Positions 1-9,996 of a stretch of 64,000 nucleotides of DNA are shown one piece after another; position 1 is the stretch's first letter; each line of letters starts with the position of its first letter. The DNA comes from a virus, in IMG/VR virus record IMGVR_UViG_3300032236_000656, positions 1 to 64,000 of that record; one strand, written 5' to 3'. Both the position numbers and the translations under genes were made by a program. The notes beneath the pieces were generated by a model that was given only the letters and a program-made list of their open reading frames with translations, did not search any database and had not been told where the DNA came from.

Positions 1-1
1 A

Positions 2-1720
2 GGAGCAGTTAACGGTCCATTTAATGGAACTATCGGTGTAACTGTTCCAAACTCAATTGTTGCTACATCGTTAATAACAATTAGCGGCGGCAATATCTAT
101 GGTTATCTAAATGGTATTATTGGTGCTAATAGTGCTAATGCTGGAACATTCACAACAATTACTGCAACTGCACTTAATGCAACTTCTGTTAATGCAGGAA
201 CAATTGGCAATACTGGCGCAACATTAATAGGAAATGTCAATGGTGTAGTATGGGGTCCAATAAATGGAACTATAGGTGCTACCATTGCCAACACTGGCAC
301 ATTTACAACATTGACAGCAACTAGCGGGTACCAAGGTGCAGCAAGCGGACCACTTAATGGAACATTAGGTGCAACAACTCCTAATACAGGTGCATTTACA
401 ACAATTACTGCATCGGGACTCACTACGTTAAATGGCGCTAATGCTGCTACCGTATATGCAGGTACTATTGGTAATACAGGTGCAGTGCTTAGTGGTGCAT
501 CAATTAGTGTAACTGGTACTGCAACTTCTGACAAAGTACTTGCTGGAAATGTTTATGTCGGCGACATGGTTATGTGGGGCGGCAATAACGCAATTACAGG
601 TGCTGCAATATCTGCTTCTTCAGCAACTTATATAACTGGCTTAACTGCTGCTAACGTACAAGGCGTAATCGGTTCTGTTTCTTCAGGTAGTTTCCCAACA
701 CTTAACCAAAACACAACTGGTTCTGCATCGGGAGGAGCAAGTGGACCTTTAAGTGGACCATTTAACGGTACTGTAGGTGCAACAACTCCAAATACTGGCA
801 AATTTACTTCTGTAACAACAACTAGTGGTGGGCAAGTAATTGGTTATATATCTGGGCCAATTGGTGCCAATACTGCTAATACAGGCGTGTTTACTACACT
901 AACAGCAACCAGCGGATATCAAGGTACAACTAGTGGAGCACATAATGGTACAGTTGGTGCAACTAATGCTAACACTGGTGTGTTTACTACACTAACAGCA
1001 ACTAGCGGATATCAAGGCGCAGCAAGTGGACCTCTTAATGGAACACTAGGTGCAACAACTCCTAACTCAGTAGTTGCTACTTCAGTAACAACTACAAGCG
1101 GCGGACAACTAATTGGGTATCATACAGGTCCTGTAGGTGCTAATACAGCAAATACTGGTGTATTCACAACTTTGACGGCAACCAGTGGGTATCAGGGTGC
1201 AACAAGTGGCGATCACAATGGTACAGTTGGTGCAACAACTCCTAACACAGGTGCATTTACTACAGTAACAGCATCTACTAGTATTGTAGCAGGTACTATT
1301 GGTATATGGGCAGGCAATGCAACTATTACAGGTGTTACACTATCTGGTGTATCTGCTGGTGCGACAGGACCTTTAACAGGTCCGTTGAACGGAACAGTTG
1401 GAGCAACAACTCCTAACACTGGTGTGTTTACTACGCTAACAGCAACTAGTGGTTATCAAGGCGCAGCAAGTGGGCCAATAAATGGAACAGTTGGAGCAAC
1501 AACTCCTAATACAGGTGCGTTTACTACATTAACTGCAACTAGTGGCTATCAAGGTGCAACTAGTGGAGCACATAATGGTACTGTTGGTGCAACTACTCCT
1601 AACTCAGTAGTTGCTACTTCAGTTATCACTACTAGTGGTGGTCAACTTACTGGATACCATACAGGACCAATTGGTGCTAATACTGCTAATACTGGCGCAT
1701 TTACAACTATATCAGTGAAC
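2..1720 (+). repeat. ~90-bp coding repeat array within the tail fibre gene
   Basis: Recurrent ggtgcaacaactcctaa(c/t)acagg...tttactac..taac.gcaactag.gg.tatcaagg units. Confidence 0.85.
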
Positions 1721-2197
1721 AGCGCATCTGCTGGAATTACAAATGCAGGTACTAATGGTGTAGGTGATATCGGAGCCAGTGGTGCTACTTTTGGTACAGT
1801 GTGGGCGAAAGCAACCTCTGCACAGTACGCTGACTTAGCAGAATGTTATGCTGCTGATGCTGATTATGAACCAGGTACTGTTGTTGAATTTGGCGGTGTA
1901 TATGAATTAACTGTTGCAGAAGAAAACAGTGCAAGCATTGCAGGCATTGTTTCAACAAATCCTGCTTATCTAATGAACAGTGCAATAGAAGCAGATTTTC
2001 CTGTTGCAGTTGCATTAACAGGTCGTACTCAATGTAAAGTCCACGGACCAGTAAAGAAAGGCCAAATGATGGTAAGTGCAGGTAATGGTTATGCCCGTGC
2101 ATCTGCAAATCCAACAATTGGAACAGTGATTGGCAAATCCTTAGAAAATTTTGATGAGGATATTGGCATTATTGAAGTTGCAGTTGGAAGATTTTAA
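2..2197 (+). CDS. Repetitive tail fibre protein with C-terminal intramolecular chaperone/autocleavage-like domain (5' truncated by window)
   Basis: Frame is open from position 2. About 14 G/T-rich repeats (GPLNGTVGATTPNTGAFTTLTATSGYQG). The C-terminus AQYADLAECY..YEPGTVV..VALTGR..IGKSLE is typical of phage fibre chaperone domains. Confidence 0.8.
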   Translation, partial: GAVNGPFNGTIGVTVPNSIVATSLITISGGNIYGYLNGIIGANSANAGTFTTITATALNATSVNAGTIGNTGATLIGNVNGVVWGPINGTIGATIANTGTFTTLTATSGYQGAASGPLNGTLGATTPNTGAFTTITASGLTTLNGANAATVYAGTIGNTGAVLSGASISVTGTATSDKVLAGNVYVGDMVMWGGNNAITGAAISASSATYITGLTAANVQGVIGSVSSGSFPTLNQNTTGSASGGASGPLSGPFNGTVGATTPNTGKFTSVTTTSGGQVIGYISGPIGANTANTGVFTTLTATSGYQGTTSGAHNGTVGATNANTGVFTTLTATSGYQGAASGPLNGTLGATTPNSVVATSVTTTSGGQLIGYHTGPVGANTANTGVFTTLTATSGYQGATSGDHNGTVGATTPNTGAFTTVTASTSIVAGTIGIWAGNATITGVTLSGVSAGATGPLTGPLNGTVGATTPNTGVFTTLTATSGYQGAASGPINGTVGATTPNTGAFTTLTATSGYQGATSGAHNGTVGATTPNSVVATSVITTSGGQLTGYHTGPIGANTANTGAFTTISVNSASAGITNAGTNGVGDIGASGATFGTVWAKATSAQYADLAECYAADADYEPGTVVEFGGVYELTVAEENSASIAGIVSTNPAYLMNSAIEADFPVAVALTGRTQCKVHGPVKKGQMMVSAGNGYARASANPTIGTVIGKSLENFDEDIGIIEVAVGRF

Positions 2198-2212
2198 TTC
2201 CTGTTGTGTCAA

Positions 2213-2218
2213 TAAATA
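2213..2218 (+). promoter_or_regulatory. T4-like late promoter TAAATA
   Basis: aaTAAATAattAAGGAGacactATG upstream of a structural gene. Confidence 0.7.
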
Positions 2219-2232
2219 ATTAAGGAGACACT

Positions 2233-5200
2233 ATGGGAAACCCAATTTGGATTACTGAACAAGGCGATTTTGGTAAAATCGCAGCACAGCAGTATTTTGA
2301 CTTAGGACTAAAAGCAATTGATCCAGATGGCGGAGTTGTAAATTATAAACTTACTGCTGGGCAGTTACCACGCGGTGTACAAATTGATCCAACAGGATAT
2401 GTAAGTGGCAATCCTGAAAGAACATATACTGTTACTGGTGTTCCTTTTAATGTCAATCAGGATATTACAAGTACATTCACTATTAGAGCAACTTCAATTT
2501 ATAATGGTGAAGTGACTGGTATCACTGACAGAACTTTTTATATTACAGTAACAGGTAATTATCCACCTGTCATTACAAGTTTAGAAGAACCACTTGGCAC
2601 ATATGTAGATGGCACTGATATAACACTTCAGTTAAATGCATATGATTTGAACAACGATACACTAACTTGGAAACTAGTAACAGGTAAATTGCCACCCGGA
2701 TTAAGTTTAAGTGAAACGGGACTAATTAGTGGAGTTATCAATCCTATATTCAATGAAGTTTCAAATTTAGTAGGATTCAATGATTCTTTTTGGAACACTG
2801 ATGGGTTTGAAAGAGTTACAGAAAGTAATGTTATTAACTATAATTTTTCTGCGTCAGTAACTGATGGCAAAGCAATAGTTTTTAAAAATTTTAAGATAAC
2901 TGTATATAATTTCTCAGGGTTAACTGCTGACTCGTCGTTTGTTAAAGATGACACATTAAAGTTAACTGCTGATATCAATGCCAATCGTCCACCTATTCTA
3001 CTAACAAGAACATTAGGTACTAGTGCAATAACAAATAGCGGTGGCTATTATGCATTTAAGTTTGATGGCATCGATTACGACAATACTGAAATTTCATATA
3101 TTCTTTCTAGTGGAATAGATACAGGATTTGATCCTCCTACTTCTGGGTTTGACGACACATACTGGGATCAAAGTGGAAATTATGAATTACCACCTGGATT
3201 AACTTTAGACAGCGCAACTGGTTGGCTGACTGGTTATATTCCAACACAGGTCGAAACATCAAAAGTTTATAAGTTTGGTATATCAGTAATAACACCTGAG
3301 AATAACGGTGCAAGTGATATTAAAACTTTCACCATTACAGTATTAGGTAATTTAGATCTTGCAGTTACTTGGGATAGTCCAGAAGATCTTGGATATATTC
3401 GCAATGGAGATATTAGCAGTCTATATGTTAAGGCACAAGCAAAAAGCAACAGAGAACTTTATTATTCATTGAAGATTGGCAGTAGATTGCCACAAGGTAT
3501 TAAGTTGTTGGAAGACGGTACTATTAGTGGTAGAGTAAGTTTTCAAACTATGGGATTTGACAAAGGCAAAACTACCTTTGATAAAGATTTGGCTTCAAAG
3601 TTCGTTTACCTAAGAAACACAAATTTTGATAATGTATATACATTTACTGTAATAGCAAAAGATTATTTTAATCAACTTGAAAGTGAAAAGACATTTAAGT
3701 TAAGTGTATTACAATCTACTTACGAGCCATATGAAGATTTGTTTATCAAATGCTTGCCATCTATTAAACAACGTCAAGAAATTTATAGTATTATACATAA
3801 TACAGATATATTCGATCCAAATGATATTTATAGACCATTAGATCCATATTATGGGCTACAGGAAGATATTAAGTTTATTGTAAGTTATGGAATTAAGGCA
3901 AGTAAATTAAGTAATTACATTGCTGCAATGGGCAATAGACATTTCAATAAGAAATTTTATTTTGGTGACTATAAGTTAGCACAAGGTAAAGATGAAAATG
4001 GTAATCTGTTATATGATGTAATTTATGTTGATCTAATAGAAGATACTAAAGCATATGAAAATAAGAATGGCGTTACAATAACAAAGAGTCCTGCTGCATT
4101 TACATCAATGACAAAAACTAAACCAAATTGGAGAAATCCAAGAGCAGCAGGATCTAAAATTATTGCACCTAATGATTTAACATTAATGCAAAAAGACATA
4201 GCAAATAATTTAGAAAACAGTTATCTAAATAGTTTGCCCGAATGGATGGTCAGTATCCAAAATAATAATCGAGTTTTAGGTTACACAACAGGTGCTGTAT
4301 TGGCATATCTAAAACCAGGCACAGGCGAAAAAGCATTATTCAATATTAAGAAATATGCACCTTACAATATTAAAGATGTTGCCTTTGTTGCTGATAGATA
4401 TATTCTAAATAACAGTTACTCTGCTAACTTTGATTTAGTTAAGAGAAAATTCGTCGATCAAAAATATACGTCATTTGATAAGTCAGCACTTGGAAAAACT
4501 GCTGTTATTACTCCAGTTGCCACTGTTGATTATGCTGTTGATCGCCCATTTGATAGTATTCACGGTAAAACTTTAGAATATATCATTGAATCAGGTGGAC
4601 TTGATGGAACAGGATATAATCTTCAAGGAAAGTATATTATATTTGCAACTCAAGAAAGATTTTCAAGTTGGAATGTTACTGCAAATGATGGCTGGGTGAA
4701 AAGCGAAATTATACCAAATAACTATGGGTTTGACGAGTTTTATGGTTGGGCAGATAATACATGGGATCGAGGCATAGAAACAAATTACGTTAATGTTCCT
4801 GGATACAAAGATCGACTGGCTATTTCTTCTGTTGTAAATCAACAGGGTGGCGTTTGGAAGATTGATGTTGATGGTGAAGAACGAGTAAGTTTAGAATTTG
4901 TTAGATCAATCAGCCCAGGAGAAACACTGACTGTTAGATCCTTTGCTAGAAATAATGATGTTGCAACAATAGAAACAACTACTGTACATAGTTTGAATGT
5001 AGGCGATCCCATTGAAATTTCTATTGGCAGTGGTGAAATTCAATCAGTGACTGTAAAATCTGTTATTAACAGTATTACTTTCACTTATGACAATTACGGA
5101 GAAAATGTAGCCAAGTATATTACATTTGGACAAGTTCTTGTTTCTCCACAATATGTATATGTACAATATGGCGATAAGCATGGTAACAGTTATCAACTGT

Positions 5201-5403
5201 ATGATGTATCAGTTGTTGGTATATCTAATACAGTACCATTATATTCGCAGACAAATACTCAAGTGTTAAAACCAACATTACCAACATTGTTTGACGGAAA
5301 TAGTACACAATTCGTTAACAATATCGATAGTTACACATTGCCTCTAGAAGGCGATAAATATTTGAAGTTCCCAAAGATTGGAGTTTTTTACAATGGCCAG
5401 TAA
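2233..5403 (+). CDS. Virion structural/baseplate protein with putative Ig-like (LPxGL) repeats
   Basis: Repeated GQLPRGVQID / GKLPPGLSLSETGLISG / LPPGLTLDSATGWLTG / LPQGIKLLEDGTISG motifs; SD and late promoter present. Confidence 0.75.
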   Translation: MGNPIWITEQGDFGKIAAQQYFDLGLKAIDPDGGVVNYKLTAGQLPRGVQIDPTGYVSGNPERTYTVTGVPFNVNQDITSTFTIRATSIYNGEVTGITDRTFYITVTGNYPPVITSLEEPLGTYVDGTDITLQLNAYDLNNDTLTWKLVTGKLPPGLSLSETGLISGVINPIFNEVSNLVGFNDSFWNTDGFERVTESNVINYNFSASVTDGKAIVFKNFKITVYNFSGLTADSSFVKDDTLKLTADINANRPPILLTRTLGTSAITNSGGYYAFKFDGIDYDNTEISYILSSGIDTGFDPPTSGFDDTYWDQSGNYELPPGLTLDSATGWLTGYIPTQVETSKVYKFGISVITPENNGASDIKTFTITVLGNLDLAVTWDSPEDLGYIRNGDISSLYVKAQAKSNRELYYSLKIGSRLPQGIKLLEDGTISGRVSFQTMGFDKGKTTFDKDLASKFVYLRNTNFDNVYTFTVIAKDYFNQLESEKTFKLSVLQSTYEPYEDLFIKCLPSIKQRQEIYSIIHNTDIFDPNDIYRPLDPYYGLQEDIKFIVSYGIKASKLSNYIAAMGNRHFNKKFYFGDYKLAQGKDENGNLLYDVIYVDLIEDTKAYENKNGVTITKSPAAFTSMTKTKPNWRNPRAAGSKIIAPNDLTLMQKDIANNLENSYLNSLPEWMVSIQNNNRVLGYTTGAVLAYLKPGTGEKALFNIKKYAPYNIKDVAFVADRYILNNSYSANFDLVKRKFVDQKYTSFDKSALGKTAVITPVATVDYAVDRPFDSIHGKTLEYIIESGGLDGTGYNLQGKYIIFATQERFSSWNVTANDGWVKSEIIPNNYGFDEFYGWADNTWDRGIETNYVNVPGYKDRLAISSVVNQQGGVWKIDVDGEERVSLEFVRSISPGETLTVRSFARNNDVATIETTTVHSLNVGDPIEISIGSGEIQSVTVKSVINSITFTYDNYGENVAKYITFGQVLVSPQYVYVQYGDKHGNSYQLYDVSVVGISNTVPLYSQTNTQVLKPTLPTLFDGNSTQFVNNIDSYTLPLEGDKYLKFPKIGVFYNGQ

Positions 5404-6313
5404 TATTAATAGCCTAAATATAGATCCTACGTTCCCCATCGCTGGCGTTGACAATGATAGCCAAGGGTTTCGTACTAATTTTAAAAATATACAAACTAAC
5501 CTAGCATACGCAAAAACTGAAATTGAAGATTTACAGAACAAGACAATCTTAAAAGGCGCTTTGTCAGGCGGTGGTTCTGTTAACAATGATATGAATGGCA
5601 CCTTAATTAGCGGTGCAGAAATTTATAACTTTAAAGAAACAATTGCAGATCTTGGTAGTACATCAGGTACTGTTGCAATTATTCATACTTCTGCACATTA
5701 TTGGTCAGTTAATACTTCAGGATCAATCGTACTAACATTTTCAGGATTTCCTGTAAGTGGTAAACTAGGTCGTGTTAAACTTAAAGTTATATTGACTAAT
5801 GCAGCACATACTGTAACTTTACCAACACAAGTTTCAATTGGTACAGATTCAATTGAAGGATTTAGTGCAAGCACTCGCGCAATATCATTTTCTGCGGCTG
5901 GTACTTATATCTTTGAATTCTTTACTGATGATCAAGGTGCAAGTATTGCAATTATTGACTTAACTCGTCCACGTCGTCAAACTGCTACTAACTTTGACTG
6001 GAGCAGTTCAGCAAGCACATTCGATCGTTATGAGTATGCACTAGTAACAACAGGATTTGCTAAACAAGTTAATAATAGATTGTTTATTGACAGTGTTACA
6101 ACATTGGCTACAGGAAGCATTTATTTGCCGAATCCAGCATATGATGGACAGACTGCTATTATTAGTTCTAACAATGCAATTACAACATTAAAGATTTCAT
6201 CAAATGCAGGCACGTTGATACTTGGTAATGTGACAACATTAGCTGCTAACAGTACTGTAAAATATCAGTATGTTGGTTCATCATCACCTGCTAAGTGGTT
6301 TAAGACTACTTAA
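5393..6313 (+). CDS. Virion structural protein
   Basis: N-terminus MASNINSLNIDPTFPIAGVDNDSQGFRTNF, then a coiled coil and a beta-rich C-terminus; lies in the structural operon. Confidence 0.65.
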   Translation: MASNINSLNIDPTFPIAGVDNDSQGFRTNFKNIQTNLAYAKTEIEDLQNKTILKGALSGGGSVNNDMNGTLISGAEIYNFKETIADLGSTSGTVAIIHTSAHYWSVNTSGSIVLTFSGFPVSGKLGRVKLKVILTNAAHTVTLPTQVSIGTDSIEGFSASTRAISFSAAGTYIFEFFTDDQGASIAIIDLTRPRRQTATNFDWSSSASTFDRYEYALVTTGFAKQVNNRLFIDSVTTLATGSIYLPNPAYDGQTAIISSNNAITTLKISSNAGTLILGNVTTLAANSTVKYQYVGSSSPAKWFKTT

Positions 6314-6321
6314 TAATTTAA

Positions 6322-6369
6322 TTGACTCCTACTATGCATTACGTTACTATGCATAGTAGGAGTATTTTT
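6322..6369 (+). promoter_or_regulatory. sigma70-type promoter (TTGACT-17-TACTAT) nested in a 15-bp perfect inverted repeat/terminator that covers the mazG SD
   Basis: actcctactatgcat (6325-6339) pairs with atgcatagtaggagt (6349-6363), followed by attttt and ATG. Confidence 0.7.
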
Positions 6370-6816
6370 ATGACTATTGACCTTAATCGTTACACAAAAT
6401 TTGTTGCAGCAGTTACCAGCGAAGAATCAAATGATCTCGTTGCTTTTATGAATAGACTAGATAGATTAGATACAAATTATGAACTTAATGCACCAACTGG
6501 CATTTCTGAATATGGACCTCAGATTAATGTACCGCTGCTCATTACAAGTGGTATTGGACTTAGCAGTGAGTGCGGTGAATACAATGAAATTATCAAGAAA
6601 ATGTTGTTTCAAGGCAAGCCTCTCACTGAAGAGAATGTTTTTCATATGAAGCGTGAACTTGGCGATATTATGTGGTATTGGGCTAATGCTTGTCGTGCAT
6701 TAGATTTAGATCCGAATGATGTAATTGAAGAGAATGTGCGTAAGTTAGAAGCACGTTATCCTGGTGGTAAGTTTGATGCTCATTACAGCGAAAATCGTAA
6801 AGAAGGCGATCTGTAA
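6370..6816 (+). CDS. mazG: MazG-like NTP pyrophosphohydrolase
   Basis: GLSSECGEYNEIIKK...KRELGDIMWY...ENVRKLEARYP all-alpha NTP-PPase motifs. Confidence 0.85.
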   Translation: MTIDLNRYTKFVAAVTSEESNDLVAFMNRLDRLDTNYELNAPTGISEYGPQINVPLLITSGIGLSSECGEYNEIIKKMLFQGKPLTEENVFHMKRELGDIMWYWANACRALDLDPNDVIEENVRKLEARYPGGKFDAHYSENRKEGDL

Positions 6817-7055
6817 TGTTTCATCCTTTGCTTGGTAGTTTAGCAGAAAAATCACTTGATGAAATTATCAAAGAAAGCACTGATTTAAGTACAAAATTAA
6901 ATCAGGCATATCGTTTTGGAAATGCAAATTTAGCAAAACAAATTAGAATGGTTTTAAACAGTTACCAAGCAGAGTATCAAAAACGAATGAACGAAATAGC
7001 AGAAAAAGCAGCCAATGATAAAATGCTAAAGGATAAGGTGAAAATTAAAAAATGA
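6816..7055 (+). CDS. Hypothetical coiled-coil protein
   Basis: ORF translationally coupled to its neighbours. Confidence 0.65.
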   Translation: MFHPLLGSLAEKSLDEIIKESTDLSTKLNQAYRFGNANLAKQIRMVLNSYQAEYQKRMNEIAEKAANDKMLKDKVKIKK

Positions 7056-7690
7056 CCGATTTAAGTTATGATACTAAATGGCCATCAGTAGTAGCACTCG
7101 ATGAATGGTTAGGTCCTAATAATTATGAATGTAAAATTTACTTCGACATAGAAACTGATGATGGCGATCAACAAAATACTGCATTTGAAAGATGTAAAGT
7201 TTTATTGGAAGTAATGTTTGATCACGGTCTTTTTATGAATATCAATAATCCTTTGATGCAGGTACTACAGAAGAAAACAAAGCAGAAAATTATTAGTTTA
7301 CCTACAGAACCTCTTGATATTATACTTGCGGCTGTTATATTCAGTAAATTAAATGCAATTGTTGAAGGAAGATTGGCTGTTAGAAAAGTCAAAATTAAAA
7401 GTTCCCAAGGAGATAACATATGGGTTCATTATGATGAGGACTTTGCAGAAGATTTTGGCAGTTTAGATTGTGAAATGTACAAGACTGTAAATGGCGAAAA
7501 GCCATGGTGGCAAAGATCGGATCCTTCTGTTAGTGATTGGTTTGAAATTGGCAAGAAAGAAATTAAGTTTCATAAACACACTGCAATTTGGGATAAGACA
7601 CTACAGTGGGAAAAGACAGCCAAAGAAAATAAACCCGAACCAAAGTGGAAGCCAAAGATTATAGATGGTGGCAAAGATACTAAACATTGA
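7052..7690 (+). CDS. Hypothetical protein, possible degenerate QueD/T-fold paralog
   Basis: KVLLEVMFDHGLFMNINNP resembles KEWADAMFDHTLVIAADDP of the QueD at 44673. Confidence 0.55.
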   Translation: MTDLSYDTKWPSVVALDEWLGPNNYECKIYFDIETDDGDQQNTAFERCKVLLEVMFDHGLFMNINNPLMQVLQKKTKQKIISLPTEPLDIILAAVIFSKLNAIVEGRLAVRKVKIKSSQGDNIWVHYDEDFAEDFGSLDCEMYKTVNGEKPWWQRSDPSVSDWFEIGKKEIKFHKHTAIWDKTLQWEKTAKENKPEPKWKPKIIDGGKDTKH

Positions 7691-8192
7691 TGAATATGGA
7701 CGTACAATAATTACGGAACAAGATATCTGTAATCATTTGTATCAAAATCCAAAGTTTGATTATAGTGCTGCTGAACTAAAATCAGCAGCCAAATATAATC
7801 AAGCAATAGATAGTCTGTATCTAAATTGGTCTCATCTTAAAGAACTTGAGAAAATTACTGTTGATCCAATTGAATGGCATCAAGTAAATCAAAATACTTG
7901 GTTCATGCCTAATGAATATAAAGATCTCGACATTGCAAAGTGGCTCTTGGATCAGTGTAGAAATGAAACTGAACTCCAGCGCACTGGAGCAGAACTGTTA
8001 ATGTATGCAGAACGTGATTTGCTAGACTTATTACGTTATCTCAAATATTTTGTTGACACGCTAAGAGCCAACAATATTGTATGGGGAGTGGGCAGAGGCA
8101 GTAGTGTAGCCAGTTTCGTTCTTTATCTATTAGGAATTCACAAGATCAACAGTATAACCTATAATTTAGATATTGAAGAATTCATACGTTAA
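7665..8192 (+). CDS. Stand-alone DNA polymerase III alpha (DnaE) NTPase-domain fragment
   Basis: IVWGVGRGSSVASFVLYLLGIHKINSITYNLDIEEF matches the DnaE GPGRGS..GSLVAY.LGIT.IDP motif; the protein ends before the catalytic PDID motif. Confidence 0.75.
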   Translation: MVAKILNIDEYGRTIITEQDICNHLYQNPKFDYSAAELKSAAKYNQAIDSLYLNWSHLKELEKITVDPIEWHQVNQNTWFMPNEYKDLDIAKWLLDQCRNETELQRTGAELLMYAERDLLDLLRYLKYFVDTLRANNIVWGVGRGSSVASFVLYLLGIHKINSITYNLDIEEFIR

Positions 8193-8214
8193 ATAAAATA
8201 AAAGGAATAAACAA

Positions 8215-8637
8215 ATGGCAGTTTACAAAACAGCACGTGGCAATAACATCGATTTAGAAAAGTTAAAATTATACAACGAAACAGTAATCGCAGTTGGCAA
8301 TACACAGACAAATGTCAGAGGTGATATTGTTCAAGGTGGAAGAATTATTAAGACTAGAGAACAGGTAATGCAAGAACATTATAACCTAAGTGGCAATAAT
8401 ATTCCAAAGCATCCAAAACATGAAGTCGTTCAGCAGATTGAAGAAGACGACATTGCAATGGGTTTTGAACCACCACCAGCAGACCCCATTCCTGTTTCTA
8501 CTGCACCAACACCTGCATCAGTTGAAGTTGAAGATCCAGTGTCCGAAGATGATCGACCACGCGGCGGATTAGCAGATGCAGTTGCACGTAGTCAAGAATT
8601 AAATGAAAAACTTGCCGCATCAAGAAAGAGAATCTAA
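8215..8637 (+). CDS. Hypothetical protein (late promoter TAAATA at 8190)
   Basis: SD AAGGA; ORF. Confidence 0.7.
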   Translation: MAVYKTARGNNIDLEKLKLYNETVIAVGNTQTNVRGDIVQGGRIIKTREQVMQEHYNLSGNNIPKHPKHEVVQQIEEDDIAMGFEPPPADPIPVSTAPTPASVEVEDPVSEDDRPRGGLADAVARSQELNEKLAASRKRI

Positions 8638-9017
8638 TGGCATTTACAGCACGTATTCATATTAAAGCAGATTGGAGGAAGATCACTCCAACACATAGTA
8701 ATATTTTAGTTACTGATATGGAATTTGGCGAACGAGTAACTTCAGGGGGAGTAATTCTTCCTGGAGACGATAAGGAAGAACGTGGCATTCGACCTCGTTG
8801 GTGTCGAGTTTTGGCAGTAGGACATAAAAACAAAGATGTTAATAAGGACGAATGGATCTATGTTGCTCATGGTCGTTGGACTCGCGGAATTGATTTAACT
8901 AACGATGACGGCGAATCAATTACAGTAAGAATGGTTGATCCCAAAGATGTACTACTGGTATCGCAAGATTTACCAGTTGATGATTATGTCGCTCCCATGT
9001 ATCATAAGCGTGATTAA
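8637..9017 (+). CDS. groES: GroES-like co-chaperonin
   Basis: ITPTHSNILV...ERVTSGGVILPG...CRVLAVG...DVLLV pattern. Confidence 0.75.
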   Translation: MAFTARIHIKADWRKITPTHSNILVTDMEFGERVTSGGVILPGDDKEERGIRPRWCRVLAVGHKNKDVNKDEWIYVAHGRWTRGIDLTNDDGESITVRMVDPKDVLLVSQDLPVDDYVAPMYHKRD

Positions 9018-9046
9018 TTGACTTTATTAAAATTTTGTTGTATTCT
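9018..9046 (+). promoter_or_regulatory. sigma70-type promoter TTGACT-17-TATTCT
   Basis: Consensus match in the intergenic region upstream of the clamp loader. Confidence 0.6.
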
Positions 9047-9063
9047 AATGCTAGAGGTTGAAA

Positions 9064-9996
9064 ATGGCAATTGATAAGTTATGGGTTGAAAAGTATAGGC
9101 CCGCAAGCATTAATGATTACGTATGGCGAGATGAGGCACAACGTCTCCAAGTAATGGAATGGATCAAAAATAAGTCCATTCCTCATATCATTTTAAGTGG
9201 AAGTCCAGGAACAGGCAAAACTACGTTGGCTAAGGTACTAGTCAATGAACTAAATGTTGACGATTATGACTTCATGCAGATCAATGCCAGTCGTGATAAT
9301 GGTGTGGATTTTCTTAAAGATAAAATCGAAGGCTTTGTTAGAACAATGCCATTTGGTGATTTCAAAGTAGTTCTACTGGATGAAGCAGATTACTTAACAC
9401 ACAATGCACAAGCAATTATGCGTGGATTGTTAGAAACGTATGCTTCATCTGCTAGATTCATTCTAACTTGTAATTCTCCAAACAAAATTATTGCTGCATT
9501 ACACAGTAGATGCCAAGGATTTCATATTGAAAAACTAGACAGAGTTGAATTTACTGCAAGAGTTGCAACAGTTCTAGTAGAAGAGAATGTTGTCTTTGAT
9601 CTTGATGTATTAGACAATTATGTCAGTGCAACTTATCCAGACTTACGTAAGTGTTTGAATAGCCTACAGATGGCTTGTGTAAATGGTGAACTACAAAATC
9701 CATCCTCAGATAGTAATTCAGTTGACGACTATAGAATCAAAGCAGTTGAATTGTTTAAAACAGGCAAAGTTAGAGATGCAAGAAAATTAATTTGCAGTCA
9801 AATTCGTGCAGATGATGTGGACGAACTATTTCGTTGGATGTATGATAACATTGAACTGTGGGGTAAAACTGAGGAACAACAAGACAAAGCAATTACTATT
9901 ATTCGTAATGGTCTTGTAAATCACAGCATGGTAGCAGATGTTGAGATTAATCTTTCTGCTACATTTATTGAATTATCGGAAATTACAAATGTCTAA
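9064..9996 (+). CDS. Clamp loader ATPase subunit (T4 gp44 / RFC-small like)
   Basis: LWVEKYRP, GSPGTGKTT, INAS, LLDEAD, FILTCN and LHSRC motifs. Confidence 0.92.
   Translation: MAIDKLWVEKYRPASINDYVWRDEAQRLQVMEWIKNKSIPHIILSGSPGTGKTTLAKVLVNELNVDDYDFMQINASRDNGVDFLKDKIEGFVRTMPFGDFKVVLLDEADYLTHNAQAIMRGLLETYASSARFILTCNSPNKIIAALHSRCQGFHIEKLDRVEFTARVATVLVEENVVFDLDVLDNYVSATYPDLRKCLNSLQMACVNGELQNPSSDSNSVDDYRIKAVELFKTGKVRDARKLICSQIRADDVDELFRWMYDNIELWGKTEEQQDKAITIIRNGLVNHSMVADVEINLSATFIELSEITNV

Noticed and set aside
2-1720. Regularly spaced repeats as a possible CRISPR array
   Set aside because: The repeats are in-frame, degenerate at third codon positions and lack unique spacers; no cas genes are present.
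103-2117. Minus-strand ORFs over the tail fibre gene, and similar shadow ORFs over other genes
   Set aside because: These are antisense shadows of repetitive, biased coding sequence with no SD, promoter or motifs.
7665-8192. DnaE fragment as a pseudogene
   Set aside because: The ORF is clean and coupled with its own N-terminal region, and no frameshifted continuation follows; treated as a functional stand-alone protein.
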